The position numbers were made by a program, and so were the translations under genes. Of a DNA stretch of 64,000 nucleotides, positions 10,079-21,127 are shown piece after piece. The stretch is from the NCBI RefSeq assembly GCF_049060185.1, contig NZ_JBMEQO010000002.1; one strand, written 5' to 3'. This stretch comes from Nannocystis pusilla (GTDB taxonomy: Bacteria; Myxococcota_A; Polyangia; Nannocystales; Nannocystaceae). The notes under the pieces were generated by a model that worked only from the letters and a program-made list of their open reading frames with translations, was not told the origin of the DNA and did not search any database. Positions within the stretch are counted from its first letter, which is position 1, and each line of letters opens with the position of its first letter.

Positions 10079-10809
10079 ATGTCTCACGCCCTCGCGCGTC
10101 CTCGCCTCGGCCTCGGTCTCGCCGTCGTCTTCGCCCTCGCCTGCGGCCGCGGCGGCGCCGGGGCCCCGACGATCCCACCGATCCCGCGCTGCGGGCGATT
10201 CACGCCCGCATGCCGCCGCTCGAGCGCGCGACGGTCGGCCAGGGCCCGGGGTACGTCGCCGGCGGTTTCGTCTACATGGCCTTGAAGCCAGGCGCGATCC
10301 AGAAGTACCTGCAGTCGCTGCCGCTCGATCCGGACACCGCCCGCGAGGTCTCCCGTGCCGGCGTCGACCTCGGCTTCGACCCGCGCGTCGACGACGTCAG
10401 CGCCCGCCTCGGCCTCGACCCCGACGCCTACGTCACGGTCACGATCGCGCGGCCGATCGCCGCCACCATGCCCGGCGTGCGCGAGGCCCTGCAGCGGATC
10501 GGCAGCGCGCCGGCGCTGCCGAACCCGTTCCCCGCGGCCGCGACCACGCCGGCCGACGTCGCCCCGTGGCCGTCCCCGCGCCCCGTGCCGCCGCCGCCCC
10601 AGCCGCCGGCCCCACCGAGCCCGCCGCAGCCTTATTTGGACTCGGCGCCGATCCAGCCGGTCACGCCGATCCCCGAGCCGTGGAAGCCGCCGCCGCCCGA
10701 CGCCCCTTCACCTGACCAGGAGGCCATGGCCCGAGGGGCAGGTAGCCTTGCGTTCCACAACCGCGTCCACTTGCCGGCCAAGGATCCGCCGCGCTGCCGG
10801 CCCTGCTGA
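10079..10809 (+). CDS. N-terminal part of a large lipoprotein (lipobox signal then Pro-rich region), split between two frames. Probably continuous with the 10815..12179 ORF through further frameshifts.
   Basis: MSHALARPRLGLGLAVVFALACGRGGAG (frame of 10079), then ...DPALRAIHARMPPLERATVGQGPGYVAGGFVYMALKPGAIQKYL... PVPPPPQPPAPPSPP (frame of 10033). Confidence 0.35.
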
Positions 10810-10814
10810 CGCGG

Positions 10815-12179
10815 ATGGTCCACAAGGAGCGGCCGCCCGAGATCGCGACTCTGTGCGGTCAGATCGGCCCGAACGAGTTCTGCTTCGGCGACGCCGGCGC
10901 CCTGTTGGTCGCGCGCAAGGAGGCCGCCGCGGTCGTCCTCGACCTGTTCTTCTTCCCCGCCGGCACCGGCGCGGCGTGGGATCCCGATCGCGTCACCACC
11001 GTCACCAGCGGCCTCGCGGCCGCCCCCGCCGACCTGCCGGTGCTCGCGACCCTGCGCGGCGACTTCGCGGCCTACGCCGACGCCGCCGCCCTGCCCGCGG
11101 TGTCCGAGGTCTACGAGATCGCCGACACCGTCCGCGACCTGCGCTGGTACGAGCCCGGGCAGCGGGCGGAGAAAGTCTCGCGCACGCTCGGGCAGCGGGC
11201 CGCGCTCGAGCAGTTGCGCGAGACGAGGCGCCTGTTCTCCGGTATGCGCCTCGAGGCCGCGGTCGATCCCGAGACTGTCCAGATGACCATGTCCTGGGAG
11301 CCAGTCGACGCGGCCGCCGCCGACCTGGCCGAAAAGACATTCTCGCGCCCGTCCGCCGGCGTCGGCGTGCCCAGCCTCGCCGGCCTGTGCGACGGCGCCC
11401 TGGCGTGCTGGCGCAGCTCGGGCCTGCCGCCGCTGGCCGGCCTCGGCGAGCTGGCGATCGGCCTCTACGGCCGCGACGAGCGGGCCTTCAGCGAGGCTAT
11501 CGAGAACGCCGGCGCCTTCGGACCGGTCGTCCTCATGCTCGAGACCTGGCCGAGCGCGCTCGGCATGCTCGAGCGCTGGGGCCGCGAGCAGAAGGGCATG
11601 GAGGCCGGCATCATCCGCACCGTGCTCGACATCCTCGGCCGCGTCGAGGGCTTCGGCGGCAGCCTGCGCAGCCTGCAGATCGGCGACCGCGGGGTGCAGA
11701 CCGACTACGTCGCCTACTCGCGGGTGCAGGGCCAGGACCTCGCGTTGTTCCGCTCGCTCGTCGGCCTATCGTCGATGCGCTTCTCGCCGGTCACGGTCGC
11801 CGGCGTCGACGCCAAGGTCGAGGCGGCCGGGCTGTCCGAGGCCGAGGCCCCGGTGCAGGTCTACCTCGTCACCGACCCTGGCACCGTGCGCCTCGGCGAC
11901 AAGGACGTCGAGTTCGGCTGGATCGCCGCCGCCGACGGCCAGGACCGCCTCAAGTGGCTGCTCGCCGACGTCGAGCGCGACAAGGAGACGAACCCCGCCT
12001 TCTACGGCGAGCTGCCCGACCTGTGGCGCCTGATCGGCAGCTTCGACGACGGCCCGCGCGACGCCGGTTTCTTGCAGTCGTGGCTCACGGGCCGCGGCTT
12101 CCGCCTCGCCGGCGACGTCGTCGGCGGCCGCGTCCGCCTCGACCTCGAGTTCGCCCGCCGCTCCGCGCCCGCGAAGTGA
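10815..12179 (+). CDS. Hypothetical protein (454 aa), probably the body of the lipoprotein that starts at 10079.
   Basis: Clean single-frame ORF with protein-like composition. The reading frame is open upstream of the ATG (PLAGQGSAALPALLTR-MVHKERPPE). Confidence 0.5.
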   Translation: MVHKERPPEIATLCGQIGPNEFCFGDAGALLVARKEAAAVVLDLFFFPAGTGAAWDPDRVTTVTSGLAAAPADLPVLATLRGDFAAYADAAALPAVSEVYEIADTVRDLRWYEPGQRAEKVSRTLGQRAALEQLRETRRLFSGMRLEAAVDPETVQMTMSWEPVDAAAADLAEKTFSRPSAGVGVPSLAGLCDGALACWRSSGLPPLAGLGELAIGLYGRDERAFSEAIENAGAFGPVVLMLETWPSALGMLERWGREQKGMEAGIIRTVLDILGRVEGFGGSLRSLQIGDRGVQTDYVAYSRVQGQDLALFRSLVGLSSMRFSPVTVAGVDAKVEAAGLSEAEAPVQVYLVTDPGTVRLGDKDVEFGWIAAADGQDRLKWLLADVERDKETNPAFYGELPDLWRLIGSFDDGPRDAGFLQSWLTGRGFRLAGDVVGGRVRLDLEFARRSAPAK

Positions 12180-12545
12180 CGTCCATCGATTTGCCGGCCG
12201 CACGCGCGGCCGGCCGGCCGCGTCGAACTGCCGCCATTGTTCGACCTGGCGCGCGATTCGTCGCACTCATTCGGACTATCGACATTCGTCGCGTTCGCCG
12301 ATGTCTCTGACGAGGCCTCGGTAGCGGCGCGTTGATATCGGCCGCGCCACCCCGATTCGTCCGCGGCTCACCGGCAGGACGCCAGCCCGCATCCCGCGGC
12401 GCCTCCTCGAGCCGGCCCTGCAATGCGCGTTTTCGCGCCGGTCATTTTCGCCCACCGCCGTTCCGGCGGCCCATTCGCGCCCAGAAGCCCATATTAAACT
12501 TCATCGTTGACTTATATAAGCCAGTTTTGATACTCACCGGGTCAG

Positions 12546-12871
12546 TGCACGCGTTCGACATCCTGGGCGACCCGGTGCGGCGTCGGATCCTCGAGTTGCT
12601 GGCCGACGGCGAGCAATCTTCGGGCGCCATCACCAAGGTGATCCAGGACCAATCCGGAATCTCCCAGCCGGCGGTATCCCAGCACCTGCGGGTCCTGCGG
12701 GACCACGGATTCGCCACGGTGCGGCCCGAGGGCACCCGTCGCCTCTATGCAGTCACTCCCGAGCGGCTGCAGGAGGTCGACGATTGGCTCGCGCCATTCC
12801 GCCATTATGGGAGCAGCGCCTGGACGCGCTGGCCACCGAGATCGCGCGCGGCAAACGTGAACGACGATTGA
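12546..12871 (+). CDS. ArsR/SmtB-family metalloregulatory HTH repressor. The C-terminus shows a verifiable one-base deletion; the true end is probably near 12897.
   Basis: HAFDILGDPVRRRILELLADGEQSSGAITKVIQDQSGISQPAVSQHLRVLRDHGFA. After PFRHY the -1 frame reads [24 protein letters not shown] and stops just before the next gene. Confidence 0.7.
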
Positions 12872-12899
12872 AGGCCCAAGCCACGGAGAGCGAAGACAC

Positions 12900-13538
12900 A
12901 TGATCGACATCGTCCACCAGATCAACGCCATCCACCGCGACGTCGCCCGCCGACCCACCGCCGCCGGCGGCCAGGGCATCTCGGTGCTGCTGCGCCGCAC
13001 CTACGACAGCACCCCGGCCGACGTGTGGGAAGCCATCACCGACCCCGAGCGGGTCAAGCGGTGGTTCGCGCAGCTCAGCGGCGACCTGCGCGAGGGCGGC
13101 AAGTTCCAGCTCAAGGGCAACGCCGGCGGCGACATCCTCCGCTGCGATCCGCCGCGCCTGCTCAAGCTGACCTGGGGCGGCGAGACCAGCCTCGTCGAGG
13201 TGCGGCTGTCCGCGGGCGACAACGACACCACCAACCTCGAGGTCGAGCACAACGTCCCGATCGAGCTGGCGGGCAGCGGCGCCGGCTCGCTGTTCGTCGG
13301 CCCCGGCTGGGACGCCGGCCTGCTCGGCCTCGATCAGTACCTGCGCGGCCACGTCGTCGAAGATCCGGCCGCCGCCGCCAACTCGCGCGAGATCCAGGAG
13401 TTCTCGCGCCAGTCCGCGCACGCCTGGGCCGCCGCAGCGGCCGCCTCGGGCACCGCCACCGCCGACGAGATCGCCGGCCTTCTGCAGGCCTCGCTCGCGC
13501 ACTTCGCCCCCGACGTCCAGGGCCCGCCCGCCTCCTGA
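12900..13538 (+). CDS. SRPBCC-superfamily protein, AHSA1 (activator of Hsp90 ATPase) -like.
   Basis: [15 protein letters not shown]...[32 protein letters not shown]...GGKFQLKG...LKLTWGG. Confidence 0.75.
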   Translation: MIDIVHQINAIHRDVARRPTAAGGQGISVLLRRTYDSTPADVWEAITDPERVKRWFAQLSGDLREGGKFQLKGNAGGDILRCDPPRLLKLTWGGETSLVEVRLSAGDNDTTNLEVEHNVPIELAGSGAGSLFVGPGWDAGLLGLDQYLRGHVVEDPAAAANSREIQEFSRQSAHAWAAAAAASGTATADEIAGLLQASLAHFAPDVQGPPAS

Positions 13539-13594
13539 GCCGCGCCCGCCCCGGTGGCAGCGGCCGGCCTGGCGTGCGACCCTCGCCGGCCGCC

Positions 13595-14181
13595 ATGAAC
13601 CAGATCCGCGCCGACTTCGACGCCCGCACGATCGTCGTCTATCAGGCGTACGGCCCCGCGATCGCCCGGCCGGCGCTGGCCGCCAAGCGCTTCGTGCCGC
13701 CGTTTTCGCGGACGCGCATGACGTGGATCAAGCCCTCGTTCCTGTGGCTGATGGAGCGCAGCAACTGGGCGCAGAAGTCCGGCCAGGAGCACGTCCTGGC
13801 CGTACGGATCTCCGCGCCGGCTGGGAGGAGGCGCTCGCCGCCGGCGTGCTCACCAGCCACGATCCGCGGGCGCATCGCGACCCCGACGAGTGGCGCGAGC
13901 GGTTCGCCGCCGCCGCCGTCCACATCCAGTGGGACCCCGAGCGCTCGCTCCGCGGCGCCGACCTGCAGCAGGGCAGCATCCAGGTCGGCCTCTCGCGCCA
14001 CGTCATCGACCGCTTCGCCGACGCGTGGACCGTCGACATCACCGACCTCACCCCGCTCGTGCGCAAGATCCACGGCCACCTCAAGAGCGGCCACGAAGCG
14101 CGGGCCAAGGCCCTCCTGCCGCCCGAGAAGCCCTACCCGCTCTCGCCCGCGCTCGCCCGCACGATCGGCGCGACCGCGTGA
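13595..14181 (+). CDS. DUF4291-like hypothetical protein; apparent one-base deletion near 13815.
   Basis: [72 protein letters not shown], then continues in the frame of ORF 13723..14181 ([18 protein letters not shown]...). Confidence 0.55.
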
Positions 14182-14226
14182 GCGTCGGTTCGCCGACGGC
14201 CCGCCGCGGCGCTCCGTCCGATGACC

Positions 14227-14817
14227 TCAGCGCGGCAGCGTGAGGCCGCGCTCGACGTCGGCCGCGCGCACGTCGCCCATGATCCTGCGGACCAGAGTCA
14301 GCCCGAACATGATCGCCGTGCCGAGGCCCTGGCTGGTGACCAGCTGGCCGTCCTCGACGACTGGCTTTTGGACCAGCTTGCCGTACGCGGCGATCCGCGA
14401 GGCCACGCTGGGGTGGCAGGTCATCGCCTTGCCGGCGAACACTTGGTGGGCCAGCAGGGCCAGGGGCCGCGCAGATGGCCCCGACGACCAGGCCGTCGGT
14501 GACCGCGTGGCGGAGGCGCTCGCCGACCGCCTCCGAGCTGCCGAGGCGGCGGGCACCTTCGGCCCCGCCCGGCAGCACGATCGCCTGGAAGTGGCCGGTC
14601 ACCGCCGACAGCGCGATGTCGGTGTTCAGCTTCATCTTGCGGCTGCAAGGACCGGGCCGTCGCCGTTGAGCCCCGCGAACACCACGTCGATCCCGCCGCG
14701 GCGGAGGATGTCGACCACGATCACGGCCTCGGCCTCCTCTGCCCCTTCGGCCAGGATCACCAGGGCGCGCGGGATGGTCGACTCGACCTCGATGTCTTCG
14801 ATCATGTCCTCCGTCAT
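14227..14817 (-). CDS. DJ-1/PfpI (ThiJ) family protein, spread over three frames (two apparent indels).
   Basis: [56 protein letters not shown] | [16 protein letters not shown]...[20 protein letters not shown]...[10 protein letters not shown] | [63 protein letters not shown]. Confidence 0.65.
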
Positions 14818-14961
14818 GTGACCCTCGCCTATCCTTCCGGCCCGGTGAGGCTAGCCGCGATCTCGCAAAATTGACAAAAACCGGCGAAGGCGCGCGGACG
14901 CCCCGCCGGCTGGGCCTGCGGGGCCTGCTGCGGGCCTGGGGCCAGCGCCGCGGCCGCCGGC

Positions 14962-15678
14962 TCAACCGGCGCGCGGGCGGGTCGTGCGGTACTCGATCAC
15001 GTTCTTGTGCTCGGGCACGTGGATCACCCGCTGAACGAAGATTCCCGGCAGGTGGACATCGTCCGGGTCGAGCTCGCCGACGTCGACGAGGCGGTCGACC
15101 TCGGCGATCGTGACCCGCGCCGCCATCGCCGCCAGCGGGTTGAAGTTGCGGGCCGTGCGATAGAAGCGGAGGTTGCCGAGCGGGTCGCCGACCTCGGCGC
15201 GGACGATGGCGAAGTCGGGCTGGAGCGCCGTCTCGAGCACGCAGGGGCGCCCTGCGAACTCACGGACCTCCTTGCCCTCGGACACCACGGTGCCGGCCCC
15301 GGTCGGCGTGAAGAACGCCGGGATGCCCGACCCGCCGGCGCGCAGGCGTTCGGCCAGGGTGCCCTGCGGGTTGAGCTCCACCTGGACCTGGCCCGAGAGC
15401 ATCTGCTGCTCCAGATCCGGGTTGCCGCCGACGAAGCTGCAGATCACCCGCGCCACCAGCCTTCGTTGCAGCAGCACCGCCAGGCCCTGGCCTTGATTGC
15501 CGCAGTTGTTCGACACGATCACGAGGTCCTTGGCCCCCGAGGCCGCGAGCGCCAGGATGCACCCCTCCGGGTTGCCGCACAGGCCGAACCCACCCACGGC
15601 CACCTGGGCCCCGTCGCGCACGTCGAACAGCGCCTCCGCGGCGCTGGAGAACAGCTTGGAGCGGCTCGTCGCGGTCAT
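14962..15678 (-). CDS. 3-oxoacid / acetate CoA-transferase, subunit A (AtoD/ScoA family).
   Basis: MTATSRSKLFSSAAEALFDVRDGAQVAVGGFGLCGNPEGCILALAASGAKDLVIVSNNCG...SGIPAFFTPTGAGTVV...LRFYRTARNFNP. Confidence 0.7.
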   Translation of the reverse strand: MTATSRSKLFSSAAEALFDVRDGAQVAVGGFGLCGNPEGCILALAASGAKDLVIVSNNCGNQGQGLAVLLQRRLVARVICSFVGGNPDLEQQMLSGQVQVELNPQGTLAERLRAGGSGIPAFFTPTGAGTVVSEGKEVREFAGRPCVLETALQPDFAIVRAEVGDPLGNLRFYRTARNFNPLAAMAARVTIAEVDRLVDVGELDPDDVHLPGIFVQRVIHVPEHKNVIEYRTTRPRAG

Positions 15679-15866
15679 GGGCCCGGCTATAGCCCAGGCG
15701 CCGCCCCGGGCAAAGCCCCGCAGCAACCCCGCAAGGGCGGGCGCCCGGACCGGCGCCAGCGCACATTGCGGCGGCGCGCACTCCGGAGCGCGCGCCCTCG
15801 CTGCTACAGTCGACGCGTGTCGTCCTACGCTCGCCCGCGCTCACCGCCGCGCTCGCGGTCTCGCTC

Positions 15867-17268
15867 GTGACCCTCGCCTGCGGCGACGCCCAGGGCCCCG
15901 GCGCCGGCGCGGGGATGACCGAAGGGACAGACTCCGACGCTCCCGGCAGCGACGCCACGGACGGCCCGCCCGAGGCCCCGCCGACCACCACCGGCACCGG
16001 CGAAGACGACGACGGCAGCGGCACCCACGGCCACGGTCAGACCACCGGCACGACCACCACCACCGGCGAGCCCGCCTGCGACCCGAATGATTTGACGCTG
16101 ATCGAGCGCGACTACCTCGGCGTCGGCGAGGACGTGAAGGGCGAGACCTTGCCGGCCTGCAGCGAGCACCGCTGGTACGTCGCCTTCCCCGACGAGAGCT
16201 CGTGGCAGATCCGCCTCACCCGCACCGACGGCGCCGGCCCGCTGCGGGCCACCGTCGCCTACCCCGACGAGCCGGGCGCGCTGGTGTGGCAGGCCGCGCT
16301 GGCGCCCCTGTTGGTCAGCGGCGAGGCCCCGGCCGAGGCCATCTTCGCCGTCCCGCGCTCGGGCGAGTTCGCGATACATGTCCGATCGGACAGCCCCGAC
16401 GCGGCGAGCGACTACAACCTCGAGTTCGTGTGCTCGATCGGCTGCGAGCGCGAGACCACCCGCTTCCCGGTCGTGCTCGTCCACGGCTGGACCGGCTTCG
16501 AGGCGATAGGTCCCATCACCTACTTCTACGGCGTCACCGCCGAGCTCGAGTCGCTCGGCTTCCCGGTCGAGGTCGCCGTCCTCGACCCGTACAACAGCAC
16601 CACGGTGCGCTCGGGCCAGCTCGCCGAGCAGCTCGACGAGTTCCTGGTGGCCCAGCGCGCGCAAGCTCGACCTCCTCGGCCACAGCCAGGGCGGCATCGA
16701 CTCGCGGGCGGTGGTCGCCAGCCGCGGCTACGGCGACCGCGTCTCCGCGGTCGTGACGATCGCCAGCCCGCACCGCGGCACGTACATCACCGACCTCGCC
16801 CTCGGCCTCGCGCCCGGCGGGGTCGAGGCCGCGCTCGGCTTCCTCCTCAACTTCGTCGGCGCCATCTCGGCCCAGCAGAAGTCCGACGCCGAGGCCTCGT
16901 TCTACTCGCTCAGCGAGCACTACATGCAGGACGAGTTCAACCCCTCGAACCCCGACGACCCGCGCGTGAAGTACATCAGCTACACCGGCCGCACCTGCGA
17001 CGCGGCGAGCTTCCTCATCCCCGGCAATCACTGCCAGGACCTGGTCGACCCGCTGATCAGCCTCGGCTACACCGTGCTGCAGCTCGCGCGCGGCGACAAC
17101 GACGGCCTCGTCACCGTCGAGAGCGCCAAGTGGGGCGACTACCGCGGCGAGATGATCGCCGACCACATCGACGAGGTCGGGCAGCTGCTCGGCGTCACCG
17201 ACCTCAAGTTCGACCACCTCGAGTTCTACCGCGAGCTCGCGCGCGACCTGTTCGCGGAGGAGCACTGA
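15867..17268 (+). CDS. Secreted alpha/beta-hydrolase lipase (GHSQGG nucleophile elbow) behind a Gly/Thr-rich linker. The lipoprotein-like signal is in frame immediately upstream without a canonical start; apparent frameshift near 16670.
   Basis: Upstream in-frame RVVLRSPALTAALAVSLVTLACGDAQG. FPVVLVHGWTGFEAIGPITYFYGV...KLDLLGHSQGGIDSRAVVA...ASPHRGTYITD...GDNDGLVTVESAKWG. Confidence 0.55.
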
Positions 17269-17269
17269 G

Positions 17270-19081
17270 TTGGCGGCCGTCCCGGCCCCGCCCGAGCCGC
17301 TGACCGACGACGAGCGGCGCCTGCTCGCCCAGGGGCGGCACGAGGCCCTCGCCCACGCGCTCGCGCTGTCGGGCCGGCACGCCGCGGCCGGCTGGGTGCT
17401 CGAGCAGATCTGGGAGTTCGCCGGCGCCTGCGAGCACTACGCCCGCGCCGGCCGCCCGCTCGACGCCCTGCGCGCCGCGATCGAGCTCGGCCGGCCCGAC
17501 GTCCTCGACCGCATCATCGCGGTGTTCTCCGCCGCCGACGCCGACACCCGCCAGCAAGCCGCAGCGATGCTGCAGCGCAAGGGTCGGCACGCCGACGCGG
17601 CCCGGATCTTCGCGCTCGGCGATCACGACCCCGAGGCCCGCGCCGGCGCCCTCGTGCGCGCCGGCGATCGCCTCGGTGCCGCGCGCGTGCTCGCCGAGGC
17701 CGACCGCGTGCGCGAGGCCCTCGCGCTGCTCGAGCCGCTGCCCGAGCGTCACGGTCCGACCTTGCAGCTCGCCGCCGAGCTGTCGTGGGAGCTCGGCGAC
17801 GCCGAGGCCGCGGTGAGGCGGGCCCAGGCGGCCATCCGCGCCGGCGGGGCCGACCGTGCCGCGCTGAGCCGCCTTTTGGCCCGCGGGCTCGGCGGGCCCT
17901 CGGCCACGACCTCGCGGCTCAGATCGTCCTGCAGGGCCGCGGCGAGGCCTCCGAGGGCGCCCCGGTGCCGGCGCGCTTCCTCGTCCGCGCCTCGCTGCCC
18001 GCCAGCTTCTCCGGCGCGGCCTACGAGGGCATCGACCGCGTCACCCTCGCCGAGGTCGAGATCCACCTCCTCCTCGCCGAGCTTCAAGAAGGCGGCGCCG
18101 GCGACCCCGCGGTCCAGGACGCGCTCGAGGCGTTCCACCGCCGGGCCATCGCCGCCGCCGCCTTAGAGCACCCGGCGATCCGCGGCATCGTCCAGTTCGA
18201 CGCCCGCGCCGGCATCCTGATCTTGCCCTGGGAGGCCGGCAACAACCTGCGGGCGCTGATCCGTCCGCCCGGCATGCCGCTGCCGCGGGCCCGCGCCCTG
18301 ATCGCCTTCTTGCTCGAGGGCCTGGCCGCCGCCCACGCGCGCGGCCTGGTCCACGGCTCCCTGCTGCCGGCCCAGCTCGTGTGCGACGCCGCCGGGCGCC
18401 CGCTGCTCGGCCCGTTCGGCGCCGACGCGATCGCCGGGCTCATCGCCACCCGCACCGGCGCGCTCGAGGAGCTGCTCACCATCACCGCCCCCGAGGTCCG
18501 CGCCGGCGGGCCCCACGGCGGCCAGCGACATCTACGGCGCCGCCGCCCTGCTGGTCGCGCTCGTCGCCGGCAACCTCGGCGGCAGCGCGCCCGAGGCCCG
18601 CGCAGTGGTCGAGGACGCGCTCGACCCCGACCCCGCGCGCCGCCCCGACGCGACCGCCTTGCTCGCGCGCATGCGCCGGCGCGTGGCTGACCTTCGGGAC
18701 CTGTCCATGAGCACAGAGCCCATGGGACAGGAACCTGGGGTCATGTCCGATGATTCAGGCCTGCCCGGCCACGGCGTCGTCGTCGAGGCGGCGCCCGCCT
18801 GGGACGACATCGCCCTCGACGCGCTGCTCGCGGCCGACGTACCGGGCTTGCAGCCGGTCCTCGACCGGCAGGGTCGACGGGTCGCCCTGGCCGCGTGGCC
18901 AGAGGGCTGTCGTCGGTTGGCCGACGATGTCCCATTCGCTCAGCTCGCCCCGATGGCGATCGTCGACGCCCTGCCGGTCGAAGCCGCGGCGGCCGTGCGC
19001 GCCCGCCTGACCGCGGGCGCGTGGGTGGTGACGCCCGCCGGCGAGTGGATGCTGGCCCTCGACGAACTACTCACACGGTGA
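17270..19081 (+). CDS. Large regulatory protein: N-terminal helical/TPR-like region plus a degenerate protein-kinase-like (pseudokinase) domain, spread over three frames.
   Basis: Kinase-like core ...EHPAIRGIVQFDARAGILILPWEAGNNLRALI...AHARGLVHGSLLPAQLVCDAAGRPLLGPFGA...ITAPEVRAGGP | TAASDIYGAAALLVALVAGN. HGS replaces the catalytic HRD. A palindromic repeat element (18696..18760) is embedded in frame. Confidence 0.45.
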
Positions 19082-19141
19082 GAGCCGAGCGTCCGCCCGC
19101 CGGCGGGCGAAGTAGAGCCGCCTGAACGGCGCAGGCCGCGA

Positions 19142-19401
19142 TCAACTACGGATGCTGCGGCCCACGGCCAGGCGGTAGATGCCGAGCAGGATCAGCGCGC
19201 CGACGATCGAGGCGATGATGCCCGGACCCCGTCGACGTGCGAGTACCAGCCGAGCGCGCGGCCGAGGAAGGCGGCGACGAACGAGCCGGCGATGCCGAGG
19301 AGCATGGTGGCGATGATACCGCCCGCATCCTTACCCGGCATGACCAGCTTGGCGAGCGCGCCCGCGATCAGGCCCACGATCAATGTCCAGATGAACTCCA
19401 T
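19142..19401 (-). CDS. GlsB/YeaQ/YmgE-family small membrane stress protein (transglycosylase-associated protein); one-base frameshift near 19250.
   Basis: GGAGGA RBS. MEFIWTLIVGLIAGALAKLVMPGKDAGGIIATMLLGIAGSFVAAFLGRALGWY. The true C-terminus GPGIIASIVGALILLGIYRLAVGRSIRS* is readable in the +1 frame. Confidence 0.65.
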
Positions 19402-19854
19402 GGTTTTCTCCTCCGCAAGACCGACCGGAGCGTAGCGCGATCCGTTGCCGCTGCAACGAATCGACCGGACCCGCGAATCATCGCACCTGGACCGGCGAGG
19501 ATCGTCGTCTGGCTGGTCGAGTCTGCCACCGCCTCGGCCGAGCCCGTCGCCGCGGGCGGCCTGCCGCGGCCTCGCGGTCGTTCCAGTGCGGCACTCCGGC
19601 CGGGCGGGCCGCGATGCCCCTGGCTCGCAAGTCCGACGACAGGCTCGGCGTAGTGACGGGGCCGCTCGCAAGGCGATGACTTGAACACCGCCGGAGCCGC
19701 GGACCCGCGCTCGCGCGTGAGGGACCTGTCCGGCTCGCTCCTCGCCGGCGGCCTCACCACGCTCGTGCTCGGCGCCCCGACGAGCCGCGGCGCCTCGTCG
19801 TCGCGGCCACCCGCGCCGTCCTCGGCGGGGTGCCGCGGGGCGAGTACCGCGGCC

Positions 19855-21124
19855 TCAGGCGACGAACGCGACGATGCGCTCGATCGCGGTCAGCACGCGC
19901 GGCATGTACTGCCGCAGCCACGCCTCGTCGATCGCCTGGCCCGTGTGGGCCGCGAGCGCCGCGGCGCCGTCGAAGTCGACGTAAGCGAGCCGCGCGGTGA
20001 GGTCCCCGCGGGCCGGCCGAAGTCGCTGCCCGGGAGAATGGCAACACCTGTCTCTTCGAGCAGGCGCTCGCACAGCGCCTCGCCGCTCGTGATCCCGCGC
20101 CGCAGCAGCGCCTCCGCGCGGCCGTGGAACTCCGGGAACAGGTAGAACCCGCCGCGGGGCGCCGCGCAGGCGATGCCGCCGGCGCTCAGGCGCTGGTGGC
20201 ACCACGCGCCCAGCGCCTTCAGGATCGCCTGTTCGTGGGCGACGTAGGCGGCGATGTCGCGCCCGAACGCGAACGCGGTGACCGCGGCGCACTGGATGGG
20301 CGCGCTGGTCGACGTGTACGTCTCGCTGGCGACCGCGATCATCGCCCGCTGCAGCCACTCGAGCTCGCGCGGGAACAGGAACGTGCCGAGCCGCCAGCCG
20401 CCGGCCCCGCACCACTTGCTGAGGCCCGAGCTGATGATCGTGCCCTCGGGGTAGAAGCGGGCGATCGACGCGTGCGCGCCGTCGTGGTGGAGCTCGCCGT
20501 AGATCTCGTCGGACACCACCAGGACCTCGTGGGCGCGCAGGACCTCGGCCAGCCCCGCCAGCTCGTCGGCCTCGTAGGTCTGGCCGGTCGGGTTGGACGG
20601 GTAGTTGAGGATGAGCACCCGCGGGCGCCCGGGTCGCGGCGGCACAGCGCGTCGATGTCGGCGGGCCGCAGCTTCCACCCGTCCTCCGCGCGCGTCGGCA
20701 GCCACACCACCTGCCGGCCGATGATCCGCGCCTGCGGCGAGTACGACACCCACGCCGGCGACGGCAGCACCAGGTCGCCGTAGAACGCCAGCTGGGTGAT
20801 GAACATCAGCTCCTTGCTGCCCGGGCCGACCAGCACGTGCTCGCCGCTGTACTCGCGGTCGCCGCCGACCCCGCGCTGGTGATAGGCCGCGACCGCGTCG
20901 CGCAGCGCCGGCAGCCCGCGCACCGGCATGTACTCCTTGCGCGCGGCGTGGGCCCGCAGCGCCTCGATCACGCTCTCGGGCACGGGGAACGGCGACTGGC
21001 CGAGGCCGAGCTTGAACACCTCGCGGCCGGCGGCCATCAGGTCGTTGCTGCGCTCGTTGATCGACACCGTGGCCGACGGCGAGAGGCCGCGGACCTGGAG
21101 GTTGAGGCTGGGACGTCCCGTCAC
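19855..21124 (-). CDS. Class I/II pyridoxal-phosphate aminotransferase (aspartate/aromatic family), spread over three frames.
   Basis: KLGLGQSPFPVPESVIEAL...MPVRGLPALRDAVAAYHQR...LILNYPSNPTGQTYEADELAGLAEVLRAHEVLVVSDEIYGELHHDG...IISSGLSKWCGAGGWRLG...GGFYLFPEF. Confidence 0.6.
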
Positions 21125-21127
21125 GAT

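Noticed and set aside
12495-12520. TTGACT/TATATAAG promoter-like hexamers upstream of arsR.
   Set aside because: The two hexamers are directly adjacent, giving no -35/-10 spacing. It is AT-rich and probably within the promoter, but a specific -35/-10 call is not supportable.
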